This document shows, in pieces, positions 26,501 through 41,500 of a stretch of DNA of 64,000 nucleotides. The DNA comes from the human T2T-CHM13v2.0 reference genome, Homo sapiens. The position numbers and the translations under genes were made by a program. The notes beneath the pieces are model-generated. The model was not told the origin of the DNA. It saw nothing but the letters and a program-made list of their open reading frames with translations, and did no database searches. The stretch is taken from the NCBI RefSeq assembly GCF_009914755.1, contig NC_060941.1. One strand, written 5' to 3'. Within the stretch, counting starts at the first letter, position 1. Each line of letters begins with the position of its first letter.

Positions 26501-29500
26501 ATGATTGCATTCAACTCACAGAGTTGAACCCTCCTATGGATAGAGCAGTGTTGAAACTCTCTTTTTGTGGAATCTGCAAGTGGATACGTGGACCTCTCCG
26601 AAGATGTCTTTGGAAACGGGAATATCTTCACATAAAAACTAAACAGAAGCATTCTCAGAAACTTCTCTGTGATGTTTGTGTTCAACTCCCAGAGTTTCAC
26701 ATTGCTTTTCATAGAGTAGTTCTGAAACATGCTTTTCGTAGTGTCTACAAGTGGACATTTGGAGCGCTTTCAGGCCTGTGGTGGAAAACGAATTATGGTC
26801 ACATAAAAACTGGAGAGAAGCATTGTCAGAAACTTCTTTGTGATGATTGCATTCAACTCACAGAGTTGAAGGTTCCTTTTCAAAGAGCAGTTTCCAATCA
26901 CTCTTTCTGTGGAATCTGCAAGTGGATATTTGGACCTATTTTGAAGATTTCGTTGGAAACGGGAGAATCTTCACAGGAAAGCTAAACAGAAGCATTCTCA
27001 GAAACTTCTTTGTGATGCTTGCATTCAACTCACAGAGTTGAACTTTCCTTTCGAGAGAGAAGCTTTGAAACACTCTTTTTCCAGAATCTGCAAGTGGACA
27101 TTTGGAGGGCTTTGAGGCCTGTGGTGGAAAAGGAATTATCTTCCCGTAAAAGCTAGATAGAAGCATTCTCAGAAACTACTTTGTGATGATTGCATTCAAG
27201 TCACAGAGTTGAACATTCCCTTTGACAGAGCAGTTTGGAAACTCTCTTTGTGTAGAATCTGCAAGTGGAGATATGGACCGCTTTGAGGCCTATGGTAGTA
27301 AAGGAAATAGCTTCATATAAAAGCTAGACAGTAGCATTCACAGAAAACTCTTGGTGACGACTGAGTTTAACTCACAGAGCTGAACATTCCTTTGGATGGA
27401 GCAGTTTCGAAACACACTATTTGTAGAATGTGCAAGTGGATATTTAGGCCTCTCTGAGGATTTCGTTGGAAACGGGATAAACCGCACAGAACTAAACAGA
27501 AGCATTCTCAGAACCTTCTTCGTGATGTTTGCATTCAACTCACAGTGTTGAACCTTTCTTTGATAGTTCAGGTTTGAAACGGTCTTTCTGCAGAAACTGC
27601 AAGTAGATATTTGGACCGCTCTGAGGATTTCGTTGGAAACGGGATAACCCGCACAGAACTAAAACAGAAGCATTCTCAGAACCCTCTTCGTGATGTTTGC
27701 ATTCAACTCACAGTGCTGAACCTTTCTTTGATAGTTCAGCTTTGAAACACTCTTTTTGTAGAAACTGCAAGTGGATATTTGGTCCTCTCTGAGGATTTCG
27801 TTGGAAATGGGATAAACTGCACAGAACTAAACAGAAGCATTCTCAGAACCTTCTTCGTGATGTCTGCATTCAACTCACAGTGTGGAACCTTTCTTTGATA
27901 GTTCAGGTTTGAAACACTCTTTTTGTAGAAACTGCAAGGGGATAATTGCACTCTTTGAGGAGTACCGTAGTAAAGGAAATAACTTCCTATAAAAAGAAGA
28001 CAGAAGCTTTCTCAGAAAATTCTTTGGGATGATTGAGTTGAACTCACAGAGCTGAGCATTCCTTGCGATGTAGCAGTTTAGAAACACACTTTCTGCAGAA
28101 TCTGCAAGTGCATATTTGGACCTCTGTGAGGAATTCGTTGGAAACGGGATAATTTCAGCTGACTAAACAGAAGCAGTCTCAGAATCTTCTTTGTGATGTT
28201 TGCATTCAAATCCCCGAGTTGAACTTTCCTTTCAAAGTTCACGTTTGAAACACTCTTTTTGCAGGATCTACAAGTGGATATTTGGACCACTCTGTGTCCT
28301 TCGTTCGAAACGGGTATATCTTCACATGACATCTAGACAGAAGCATCCTCAGAAGCTTCTCTGTGATGACTGCATTCAACTCACGGAGTTGAACACTCCT
28401 TTTGAGAGCGCAGTTTTGAAACTCTCTTTCTGTGGCATCTGCAAGGGGACATGTAGACCTCTTTGAAGATTTCGTTGGAAACGGAATCATCTTCACATAA
28501 AAACTACACAGATGCATTCTCAGGAACTTTTTGGTGATGTTTGTATTCAACTCCCAGAGTTGAACTTTCCTTTGGAAAGAGCAGCTATGAAACACTGTTT
28601 TTCTAGAATCTGCAAGTGGACGTTTGGAGGGCTTTGTGGTTTGTGGTGGAAAAGGAAATATCTTCACCTAAATACTAGATAGAAGCATTCTCAGAAACTG
28701 CTTTGTGATGATTGCATTCACCTCACAGAGTTGAACATTCCTATTGATAGAGCAGTTTGGAAACACTCTTGTTGTGGAATGTGCAAGTGGAGATTTGGAG
28801 CGCTTTGAGGCCTATGGTAGTAAAGGGAATAGCTTCATAGAAAAACTAGACAGAAGCATTCTCAGAAAATACTTTGTGATGATTGAGTTTAACTCACAGA
28901 GCTGAACATTCCTTTGGATGGAGCAGGTTTGAGACACACTTTTTGTAGAATCTACAAGTGGATATTGGGACCTCTCTGAGGATTTCGTTGGAAACGGGAT
29001 AACTGCACCTAACTAAACGGAAGCATTCTCAGAAACTTCTTGGTGATGTTTGCATTCAAATCCCAGAGTTGAACCTTCCTTTGATAGTTCAGGTTTGAAA
29101 CACTCTTTTTGTAGGATCTGCAAGTGGATATTTGGACCACTCTGTGGCCTTCGTTCGAAACGGGTATATCTTCGCATAAAATCTAGACAGAAGCCTTCTC
29201 AGAAACTTCTCTGTGATGATTGCATTCAACTCACAGAGTTGAACCCTCCTATGGATAGAGCAGTGTTGAAACTCTCTTTTTGTGGAATCTGCAAGTGGAT
29301 ACGTGGACCTCTCCGAAGATGTCTTTGGAAACGGGAATATCTTCACATAAAAACTAAACAGAAGCATTCTCAGAAACTTCTCTGTGATGTTTGTGTTCAA
29401 CTCCCAGAGTTTCACATTGCTTTTCATAGAGTAGTTCTGAAACATGCTTTTCGTAGTGTCTACAAGTGGACATTTGGAGCGCTTTCAGGCCTGTGGTGGA

Positions 29501-32500
29501 AAACGAATTATGGTCACATAAAAACTGGAGAGAAGCATTGTCAGAAACTTCTTTGTGATGATTGCATTCAACTCACAGAGTTGAAGGTTCCTTTTCAAAG
29601 AGCAGTTTCCAATCACTCTTTCTGTGGAATCTGCAAGTGGATATTTGGACCTATTTTGAAGATTTCGTTGGAAACGGGAGAATCTTCACAGGAAAGCTAA
29701 ACAGAAGCATTCTCAGAAACTTCTTTGTGATGCTTGCATTCAACTCACAGAGTTGAACTTTCCTTTCGAGAGAGAAGCTTTGAAACACTCTTTTTCCAGA
29801 ATCTGCAAGTGGACATTTGGAGGGCTTTGAGGCCTGTGGTGGAAAAGGAATTATCTTCCCGTAAAAGCTAGATAGAAGCATTCTCAGAAACTACTTTGTG
29901 ATGATTGCATTCAAGTCACAGAGTTGAACATTCCCTTTGACAGAGCAGTTTGGAAACTCTCTTTGTGTAGAATCTGCAAGTGGAGATATGGACCGCTTTG
30001 AGGCCTATGGTAGTAAAGGAAATAGCTTCATATAAAAGCTAGACAGTAGCATTCACAGAAAACTCTTGGTGACGACTGAGTTTAACTCACAGAGCTGAAC
30101 ATTCCTTTGGATGGAGCAGTTTCGAAACACACTATTTGTAGAATGTGCAAGTGGATATTTAGGCCTCTCTGAGGATTTCGTTGGAAACGGGTTAAACCGC
30201 ACAGAACTAAACAGAAGCATTCTCAGAACCTTCTTCGTGATGTTTGCATTCAACTCACAGTGTTGAACCTTTCTTTGATAGTTCAGGTTTGAAACGGTCT
30301 TTCTGCAGAAACTGCAAGTAGATATTTGGACCGCTCTGAGGATTTCGTTGGAAACGGGATAACCCGCACAGAACTAAAACAGAAGCATTCTCAGAACCCT
30401 CTTCGTGATGTTTGCATTCAACTCACAGTGCTGAACCTTTCTTTGATAGTTCAGCTTTGAAACACTCTTTTTGTAGAAACTGCAAGTGGATATTTGGTCC
30501 TCTCTGAGGATTTCGTTGGAAACGGGATAAACTGCACAGAACTAAACAGAAGCATTCTCAGAACCTTCTTCGTGATGTCTGCATTCAACTCACAGTGTGG
30601 AACCTTTCTTTGATAGTTCAGGTTTGAAACACTCTTTTTGTAGAAACTGCAAGGGGATAATTGCACTCTTTGAGGAGTACCGCAGTAAAGGAAATAACTT
30701 CCTATAAAAAGAAGACAGAAGCTTTCTCAGAAAATTCTTTGGGATGATTGAGTTGAACTCACAGAGCTGAGCATTCCTTGCGATGTAGCAGTTTAGAAAC
30801 ACACTTTCTGCAGAATCTGCAAGTGCATATTTGGACCTCTCTGAGGAATTCGTTGGAAACGGGATAATTTCAGCTGACTAAACAGAAGCAGTCTCAGAAT
30901 CTTCTTTGTGATGTTTGCATTCAAATCCCCGAGTTGAACTTTCCTTTCAAAGTTCACGTTTGAAACACTCTTTTTGCAGGATCTACAAGTGGATATTTGG
31001 ACCACTCTGTGTCCTTCGTTCGAAACGGGTATATCTTCACATGACATCTAGACAGAAGCATCCTCAGAAGCTTCTCTGTGATGACTGCATTCAACTCACG
31101 GAGTTGAACACTCCTTTTGAGAGCGCAGTTTTGAAACTCTCTTTCTGTGGCATCTACAAGGGGACATGTAGACCTCTTTGAAGATTTCGTTGGAAACGGA
31201 ATCATCTTCACATAAAAACTATACAGATGCATTCTCAGGAACTTTTTGGTGATGTTTGTATTCAACTCCCAGAGTTGAACTTTCCTTTGGAAAGAGCAGC
31301 TATGAAACACTCTTTTTCTAGAATCTGCAAGTGGACGTTTGGAGGGCTTTGTGGTTTGTGGTGGAAAAGGAAATATCTTCACCTAAATACTAGATAGAAG
31401 CATTCTCAGAAACTGCTTTGTGATGATTGCATTCACCTCACAGAGTTGAACATTCCTATTGATAGAGCAGTTTGGAAACACTCTTGTTGTGGAATGTGCA
31501 AGTGGAGATTTGGAGCGCTTTGAGGCCTATGGTAGTAAAGGGAATAGCTTCATAGAAAAACTAGACAGAAGCATTCTCAGAAAATACTTTGTGATGATTG
31601 AGTTTAACCCACAGAGCTGAACATTCCTTTGGATGGAGCAGGTTTGAGACACACTTTTTGTAGAATCTACAAGTGGATATTGGGACCTCTCTGAGGATTT
31701 CGTTGGAAACGGGATAACTGCACCTAACTAAACGGAAGCATTCTCAGAAACTTCTTGGTGATGTTTGCATTCAAATCCCAGAGTTGAACCTTCCTTTGAT
31801 AGTTCAGGTTTGAAACACTCTTTTTGTAGGATCTGCAAGTGGATATTTGGACCACTCTGTGGCCTTCGTTCGAAACGGGTATATCTTCGCATAAAATCTA
31901 GACAGAAGCCTTCTCAGAAACTTCTCTGTGATGATTGCATTCAACTCACAGAGTTGAACCCTCCTATGGATAGAGCAGTGTTGAAACTCTCTTTTTGTGG
32001 AATCTGCAAGTGGATATGTGGACCTCTCCGAAGATGTCTTTGGAAACGGGAATATCTTCACATAAAAACTAAACAGAAGCATTCTCAGAAACTTCTCTGT
32101 GATGTTTGTGTTCAACTCCCAGAGTTTCACATTGCTTTTCATAGAGTAGTTCTGAAACATGCTTTTCGTAGTGTCTACAAGTGGACATTTGGAGCGCTTT
32201 CAGGCCTGTGGTGGAAAACGAATTATGGTCACATAAAAACTGGAGAGAAGCATTGTCAGAAACTTCTTTGTGATGATTGCATTCAACTCACAGAGTTGAA
32301 GGTTCCTTTTCAAAGAGCAGTTTCCAATCACTCTTTCTGTGGAATCTGCAAGTGGATATTTGGACCTATTTTGAAGATTTCGTTGGAAACGGGAGAATCT
32401 TCACAGGAAAGCTAAACAGAAGCATTCTCAGAAACTTCTTTGTGATGCTTGCATTCAACTCACAGAGTTGAACTTTCCTTTCGAGAGAGAAGCTTTGAAA

Positions 32501-35500
32501 CACTCTTTTTCCAGAATCTGCAAGTGGACATTTGGAGGGCTTTGAGGCCTGTGGTGGAAAAGGAATTATCTTCCCGTAAAAGCTAGATAGAAGCATTCTC
32601 AGAAACTACTTTGTGATGATTGCATTCAAGTCACAGAGTTGAACATTCCCTTTGACAGAGCAGTTTGGAAACTCTCTTTGTGTAGAATCTGCAAGTGGAG
32701 ATATGGACCGCTTTGAGGCCTATGGTAGTAAAGGAAATAGCTTCATATAAAACCTAGACAATAGCATTCACAGAAAACTCTTGGTGACGACTGAGTTTAA
32801 CTCACAGAGCTGAACATTCCTTTCGATGGAGCAGTTTGGAAACACACTATTTGTAGAATGTGCAAGTGGATATTTAGGCCTCTCTGAGGATTTCGTTGGA
32901 AACGGGATAAACCGCACAGAACTAAACAGAAGCATTCTCAGAACCTTCTTCGTGATGTTTGCATTCAACTCACAGTGTTGAACCTTTCTTTGATAGTTCA
33001 GGTTTGAAACGGTCTTTCTGCAGAAACTGCAAGTAGATATTTGGACCGCTCTGAGGATTTCGTTGGAAATGGGATAACCCGCACAGAACTAAAACAGAAG
33101 CATTCTCAGAACCCTCTTCGTGATGTTTGCATTCAACTCACAGTGCTGAACCTTTATTTGATAGTTCAGCTTTGAAACACTCTTTTTGTAGAAACTGCAA
33201 GTGGATATTTGGTCCTCTCTGAGGATTTCGTTGGAAACGGGATAAACTGCACAGAACTAAACAGAAGCATTCTCAGAACCTTCTTCGTGATGTCTGCATT
33301 CAACTCACAGTGTGGAACCTTTCTTTGATAGTTCAGGTTTGAAACACTCTTTTTGTAGAAACTGCAAGGGGATAATTGCACTCTTTGAGGAGTACCGTAG
33401 TAAAGGAAATAACTTCCTATAAAAAGAAGACAGAAGCTTTCTCAGAAAATTCTTTGGGATGATTGAGTTGAACTCACAGAGCTGAGCATTCCTTGCGATG
33501 TAGCAGTTTAGAAACACACTTTCTGCAGAATCTGCAAGTGCATATTTGGACCTCTGTGAGGAATTCGTTGGAAACGGGATAATTTCAGCTGACTAAACAG
33601 AAGCAATCTCAGAATCTTCTTTGTGATGTTTGCATTCAAATCCCCGAGTTGAACTTTCCTTTCAAAGTTCACGTTTGAAACACTCTTTTTGCAGGATCTA
33701 CAAGTGGATATTTGGACCACTCTGTGTCCTTCGATCGAAACGGGTATATCTTCACATGACATCTAGACAGAAGCATCCTCAGAAGCTTCTCTGTGATGAC
33801 TGCATTCAACTCACGGAGTTGAACACTCCTTTTGAGAGCGCAGTTTTGAAACTCTCTTTCTGTGGCATCTGCAAGGGGACATGTAGACCTCTTTGAAGAT
33901 TTCGTTGGAAACGGAATCATCTTCACATAAAAACTACACAGATGCATTCTCAGGAACTTTTTGGTGATGTTTGTATTCAACTCCCAGAGTTGAACTTTCC
34001 TTTGGAAAGAGCAGCTATGAAACACTGTTTTTCTAGAATCTGCAAGTGGACGTTTGGAGGGCTTTGTGGTTTGTGGTGGAAAAGGAAATATCTTCACCTA
34101 AATACTAGATAGAAGCATTCTCAGAAACTGCTTTGTGATGATTGCATTCACCTCACAGAGTTGAACATTCCTATTGATAGAGCAGTTTGGAAACACTCTT
34201 GTTGTGGAATGTGCAAGTGGAGATTTGGAGCGCTTTGAGGCCTATGGTAGTAAAGGGAATAGCTTCATAGAAAAACTAGACAGAAGCATTCTCAGAAAAT
34301 ACTTTGTGATGATTGAGTTTAACTCACAGAGCTGAACATTCCTTTGGATGGAGCAGGTTTGAGACACACTTTTTGTAGAATCTACAAGTGGATATTGGGA
34401 CCTCTCTGAGGATTTCGTTGGAAACGGGATAACTGCACCTAACTAAACGGAAGCATTCTCAGAAACTTCTTGGTGATGTTTGCATTCAAATCCCAGAGTT
34501 GAACCTTCCTTTGATAGTTCAGGTTTGAAACACTCTTTTTGTAGGATCTGCAAGTGGATATTTGGACCACTCTGTGGCCTTCGTTCGAAACGGGTATATC
34601 TTCGCATAAAATCTAGACAGAAGCCTTCTCAGAAACTTCTCTGTGATGATTGCATTCAACTCACAGAGTTGAACCCTCCTATGGATAGAGCAGTGTTGAA
34701 ACTCTCTTTTTGTGGAATCTGCAAGTGGATATGTGGACCTCTCCGAAGATGTCTTTGGAAACGGGAATATCTTCACATAAAAACTAAACAGAAGCATTCT
34801 CAGAAACTTCTCTGTGATGTTTGTGTTCAACTCCCAGAGTTTCACATTGCTTTTCATAGAGTAGTTCTGAAACATGCTTTTCGTAGTGTCTACAAGTGGA
34901 CATTTGGAGCGCTTTCAGGCCTGTGGTGGAAAACGAATTATGGTCACATAAAAACTGGAGAGAAGCATTGTCAGAAACTTCTTTGTGATGATTGCATTCA
35001 ACTCACAGAGTTGAAGGTTCCTTTTCAAAGAGCAGTTTCCAATCACTCTTTCTGTGGAATCTGCAAGTGGATATTTGGACCTATTTTGAAGATTTCGTTG
35101 GAAACGGGAGAATCTTCACAGGAAAGCTAAACAGAAGCATTCTCAGAAACTTCTTTGTGATGCTTGCATTCAACTCACAGAGTTGAACTTTCCTTTCGAG
35201 AGAGAAGCTTTGAAACACTCTTTTTCCAGAATCTGCAAGTGGACATTTGGAGGGCTTTGAGGCCTGTGGTGGAAAAGGAATTATCTTCCCGTAAAAGCTA
35301 GATAGAAGCATTCTCAGAAACTACTTTGTGATGATTGCATTCAAGTCACAGAGTTGAACATTCCCTTTGACAGAGCAGTTTGGAAACTCTCTTTGTGTAG
35401 AATCTGCAAGTGGAGATATGGACCGCTTTGAGGCCTATGGTAGTAAAGGAAATAGCTTCATATAAAACCTAGACAATAGCATTCACAGAAAACTCTTGGT

Positions 35501-38500
35501 GACGACTGAGTTTAACTCACAGAGCTGAACATTCCTTTCGATGGAGCAGTTTGGAAACACACTATTTGTAGAATGTGCAAGTGGATATTTAGGCCTCTCT
35601 GAGGATTTCGTTGGAAACGGGATAAACCGCACAGAACTAAACAGAAGCATTCTCAGAACCTTCTTCGTGATGTTTGCATTCAACTCACAGTGTTGAACCT
35701 TTCTTTGATAGTTCAGGTTTGAAACGGTCTTTCTGCAGAAACTGCAAGTAGATATTTGGACCGCTCTGAGGATTTCGTTGGAAATGGGATAACCCGCACA
35801 GAACTAAAACAGAAGCATTCTCAGAACCCTCTTCGTGATGTTTGCATTCAACTCACAGTGCTGAACCTTTATTTGATAGTTCAGCTTTGAAACACTCTTT
35901 TTGTAGAAACTGCAAGTGGATATTTGGTCCTCTCTGAGGATTTCGTTGGAAACGGGATAAACTGCACAGAACTAAACAGAAGCATTCTCAGAACCTTCTT
36001 CGTGATGTCTGCATTCAACTCACAGTGTGGAACCTTTCTTTGATAGTTCAGGTTTGAAACACTCTTTTTGTAGAAACTGCAAGGGGATAATTGCACTCTT
36101 TGAGGAGTACCGTAGTAAAGGAAATAACTTCCTATAAAAAGAAGACAGAAGCTTTCTCAGAAAATTCTTTGGGATGATTGAGTTGAACTCACAGAGCTGA
36201 GCATTCCTTGCGATGTAGCAGTTTAGAAACACACTTTCTGCAGAATCTGCAAGTGCATATTTGGACCTCTGTGAGGAATTCGTTGGAAACGGGATAATTT
36301 CAGCTGACTAAACAGAAGCAATCTCAGAATCTTCTTTGTGATGTTTGCATTCAAATCCCCGAGTTGAACTTTCCTTTCAAAGTTCACGTTTGAAACACTC
36401 TTTTTGCAGGATCTACAAGTGGATATTTGGACCACTCTGTGTCCTTCGATCGAAACGGGTATATCTTCACATGACATCTAGACAGAAGCATCCTCAGAAG
36501 CTTCTCTGTGATGACTGCATTCAACTCACGGAGTTGAACACTCCTTTTGAGAGCGCAGTTTTGAAACTCTCTTTCTGTGGCATCTGCAAGGGGACATGTA
36601 GACCTCTTTGAAGATTTCGTTGGAAACGGAATCATCTTCACATAAAAACTACACAGATGCATTCTCAGGAACTTTTTGGTGATGTTTGTATTCAACTCCC
36701 AGAGTTGAACTTTCCTTTGGAAAGAGCAGCTATGAAACACTGTTTTTCTAGAATCTGCAAGTGGACGTTTGGAGGGCTTTGTGGTTTGTGGTGGAAAAGG
36801 AAATATCTTCACCTAAATACTAGATAGAAGCATTCTCAGAAACTGCTTTGTGATGATTGCATTCACCTCACAGAGTTGAACATTCCTATTGATAGAGCAG
36901 TTTGGAAACACTCTTGTTGTGGAATGTGCAAGTGGAGATTTGGAGCGCTTTGAGGCCTATGGTAGTAAAGGGAATAGCTTCATAGAAAAACTAGACAGAA
37001 GCATTCTCAGAAAATACTTTGTGATGATTGAGTTTAACTCACAGAGCTGAACATTCCTTTGGATGGAGCAGGTTTGAGACACACTTTTTGTAGAATCTAC
37101 AAGTGGATATTGGGACCTCTCTGAGGATTTCGTTGGAAACGGGATAACTGCACCTAACTAAACGGAAGCATTCTCAGAAACTTCTTGGTGATGTTTGCAT
37201 TCAAATCCCAGAGTTGAACCTTCCTTTGATAGTTCAGGTTTGAAACACTCTTTTTGTAGGATCTGCAAGTGGATATTTGGACCACTCTGTGGCCTTCGTT
37301 CGAAACGGGTATATCTTCGCATAAAATCTAGACAGAAGCCTTCTCAGAAACTTCTCTGTGATGATTGCATTCAACTCACAGAGTTGAACCCTCCTATGGA
37401 TAGAGCAGTGTTGAAACTCTCTTTTTGTGGAATCTGCAAGTGGATATGTGGACCTCTCCGAAGATGTCTTTGGAAACGGGAATATCTTCACATAAAAACT
37501 AAACAGAAGCATTCTCAGAAACTTCTCTGTGATGTTTGTGTTCAACTCCCAGAGTTTCACATTGCTTTTCATAGAGTAGTTCTGAAACATGCTTTTCGTA
37601 GTGTCTACAAGTGGACATTTGGAGCGCTTTCAGGCCTGTGGTGGAAAACGAATTATGGTCACATAAAAACTGGAGAGAAGCATTGTCAGAAACTTCTTTG
37701 TGATGATTGCATTCAACTCACAGAGTTGAAGGTTCCTTTTCAAAGAGCAGTTTCCAATCACTCTTTCTGTGGAATCTGCAAGTGGATATTTGGACCTATT
37801 TTGAAGATTTCGTTGGAAACGGGAGAATCTTCACAGGAAAGCTAAACAGAAGCATTCTCAGAAACTTCTTTGTGATGCTTGCATTCAACTCACAGAGTTG
37901 AACTTTCCTTTCGAGAGAGAAGCTTTGAAACACTCTTTTTCCAGAATCTGCAAGTGGACATTTGGAGGGCTTTGAGGCCTGTGGTGGAAAAGGAATTATC
38001 TTCCCGTAAAAGCTAGATAGAAGCATTCTCAGAAACTACTTTGTGATGATTGCATTCAAGTCACAGAGTTGAACATTCCCTTTGACAGAGCAGTTTGGAA
38101 ACTCTCTTTGTGTAGAATCTGCAAGTGGAGATATGGACCGCTTTGAGGCCTATGGTAGTAAAGGAAATAGCTTCATATAAAAGCTAGACAATAGCATTCA
38201 CAGAAAACTCTTGGTGACGACTGAGTTTAACTCACAGAGCTGAACATTCCTTTCGATGGAGCAGTTTGGAAACACACTATTTGTAGAATGTGCAAGTGGA
38301 TATTTAGGCCTCTCTGAGGATTTCGTTGGAAACGGGATAAACCGCACAGAACTAAACAGAAGCATTCTCAGAACCTTCTTCGTGATGTTTGCATTCAACT
38401 CACAGTGTTGAACCTTTCTTTGATAGTTCAGGTTTGAAACGGTCTTTCTGCAGAAACTGCAAGTAGATATTTGGACCGCTCTGAGGATTTCGTTGGAAAC

Positions 38501-41500
38501 GGGATAACCCGCACAGAACTAAAACAGAAGCATTCTCAGAACCCTCTTCGTGATGTTTGCATTCAACTCACAGTGCTGAACCTTTATTTGATAGTTCAGC
38601 TTTGAAACACTCTTTTTGTAGAAACTGCAAGTGGATATTTGGTCCTCTCTGAGGATTTCGTTGGAAACGGGATAAACTGCACAGAACTAAACAGAAGCAT
38701 TCTCAGAACCTTCTTCGTGATGTCTGCATTCAACTCACAGTGTGGAACCTTTCTTTGATAGTTCAGGTTTGAAACACTCTTTTTGTAGAAACTGCAAGGG
38801 GATAATTGCACTCTTTGAGGAGTACCGTAGTAAAGGAAATAACTTCCTATAAAAAGAAGACAGAAGCTTTCTCAGAAAATTCTTTGGGATGATTGAGTTG
38901 AACTCACAGAGCTGAGCATTCCTTGCGATGTAGCAGTTTAGAAACACACTTTCTGCAGAATCTGCAAGTGCATATTTGGACCTCTGTGAGGAATTCGTTG
39001 GAAACGGGATAATTTCAGCTGACTAAACAGAAGCAATCTCAGAATCTTCTTTGTGATGTTTGCATTCAAATCCCCGAGTTGAACTTTCCTTTCAAAGTTC
39101 ACGTTTGAAACACTCTTTTTGCAGGATCTACAAGTGGATATTTGGACCACTCTGTGTCCTTCGATCGAAACGGGTATATCTTCACATGACATCTAGACAG
39201 AAGCATCCTCAGAAGCTTCTCTGTGATGACTGCATTCAACTCACGGAGTTGAACACTCCTTTTGAGAGCGCAGTTTTGAAACTCTCTTTCTGTGGCATCT
39301 GCAAGGGGACATGTAGACCTCTTTGAAGATTTCGTTGGAAACGGAATCATCTTCACATAAAAACTACACAGATGCATTCTCAGGAACTTTTTGGTGATGT
39401 TTGTATTCAACTCCCAGAGTTGAACTTTCCTTTGGAAAGAGCAGCTATGAAACACTGTTTTTCTAGAATCTGCAAGTGGACGTTTGGAGGGCTTTGTGGT
39501 TTGTGGTGGAAAAGGAAATATCTTCACCTAAATACTAGATAGAAGCATTCTCAGAAACTGCTTTGTGATGATTGCATTCACCTCACAGAGTTGAACATTC
39601 CTATTGATAGAGCAGTTTGGAAACACTCTTGTTGTGGAATGTGCAAGTGGAGATTTGGAGCGCTTTGAGGCCTATGGTAGTAAAGGGAATAGCTTCATAG
39701 AAAAACTAGACAGAAGCATTCTCAGAAAATACTTTGTGATGATTGAGTTTAACTCACAGAGCTGAACATTCCTTTGGATGGAGCAGGTTTGAGACACACT
39801 TTTTGTAGAATCTACAAGTGGATATTTGGACCTCTCTGAGGATTTCGTTGGAAACGGGATAACTGCACCTAACTAAACGGAAGCATTCTCAGAAACTTCT
39901 TGGTGATGTTTGCATTCAAATCCCAGAGTTGAACCTTCCTTTGATAGTTCAGGTTTGAAACACTCTTTTTGTAGGATCTGCAAGTGGATATTTGGACCAC
40001 TCTGTGGCCTTCGTTCGAAACGGGTATATCTTCGCATAAAATCTAGACAGAAGCCTTCTCAGAAACTTCTCTGTGATGATTGCATTCAACTCACAGAGTT
40101 GAACCCTCCTATGGATAGAGCAGTGTTGAAACTCTCTTTTTGTGGAATCTGCAAGTGGATACGTGGACCTCTCCGAAGATGTCTTTGGAAACGGGAATAT
40201 CTTCACATAAAAACTAAACAGAAGCATTCTCAGAAACTTCTCTGTGATGTTTGTGTTCAACTCCCAGAGTTTCACATTGCTTTTCATAGAGTAGTTCTGA
40301 AACATGCTTTTCGTAGTGTCTACAAGTGGACATTTGGAGCGCTTTCAGGCCTGTGGTGGAAAACGAATTATGGTCACATAAAAACTGGAGAGAAGCATTG
40401 TCAGAAACTTCTTTGTGATGATTGCATTCAACTCACAGAGTTGAAGGTTCCTTTTCAAAGAGCAGTTTCCAATCACTCTTTCTGTGGAATCTGCAAGTGG
40501 ATATTTGGACCTATTTTGAAGATTTCGTTGGAAACGGGAGAATCTTCACAGGAAAGCTAAACAGAAGCATTCTCAGAAACTTCTTTGTGATGCTTGCATT
40601 CAACTCACAGAGTTGAACTTTCCTTTCGAGAGAGAAGCTTTGAAACACTCTTTCTCCAGAATCTGCAAGTGGACATTTGGAGGGCTTTGAGGCCTGTGGT
40701 GGAAAAGGAATTATCTTCCCGTAAAAGCTAGATAGAAGCATTCTCAGAAACTACTTTGTGATGATTGCATTCAAGTCACAGAGTTGAACATTCCCTTTGA
40801 CAGAGCAGTTTGGAAACTCTCTTTGTGTAGAATCTGCAAGTGGAGATATGGACCGCTTTGAGGCCTATGGTAGTAAAGGAAATAGCTTCATATAAAAGCT
40901 AGACAGTAGCATTCACAGAAAACTCTTGGTGACGACTGAGTTTAACTCACAGAGCTGAACATTCCTTTGGATGGAGCAGTTTCGAAACACACTATTTGTA
41001 GAATGTGCAAGTGGATATTTAGGCCTCTCTGAGGATTTCGTTGGAAACGGGATAAACCGCACAGAACTAAACAGAAGCATTCTCAGAACCTTCTTCGTGA
41101 TGTTTGCATTCAACTCACAGTGTTGAACCTTTCTTTGATAGTTCAGGTTTGAAACGGTCTTTCTGCAGAAACTGCAAGTAGATATTTGGACCGCTCTGAG
41201 GATTTCGTTGGAAACGGGATAACCCGCACAGAACTAAAACAGAAGCATTCTCAGAACCCTCTTCGTGATGTTTGCATTCAACTCACAGTGCTGAACCTTT
41301 CTTTGATAGTTCAGCTTTGAAACACTCTTTTTGTAGAAACTGCAAGTGGATATTTGGTCCTCTCTGAGCATTTCGTTGGAAACGGGATAAACTGCACAGA
41401 ACTAAACAGAAGCATTCTCAGAACCTTCTTCGTGATGTCTGCATTCAACTCACAGTGTGGAACCTTTCTTTGATAGTTCAGGTTTGAAACACTCTTTTTG

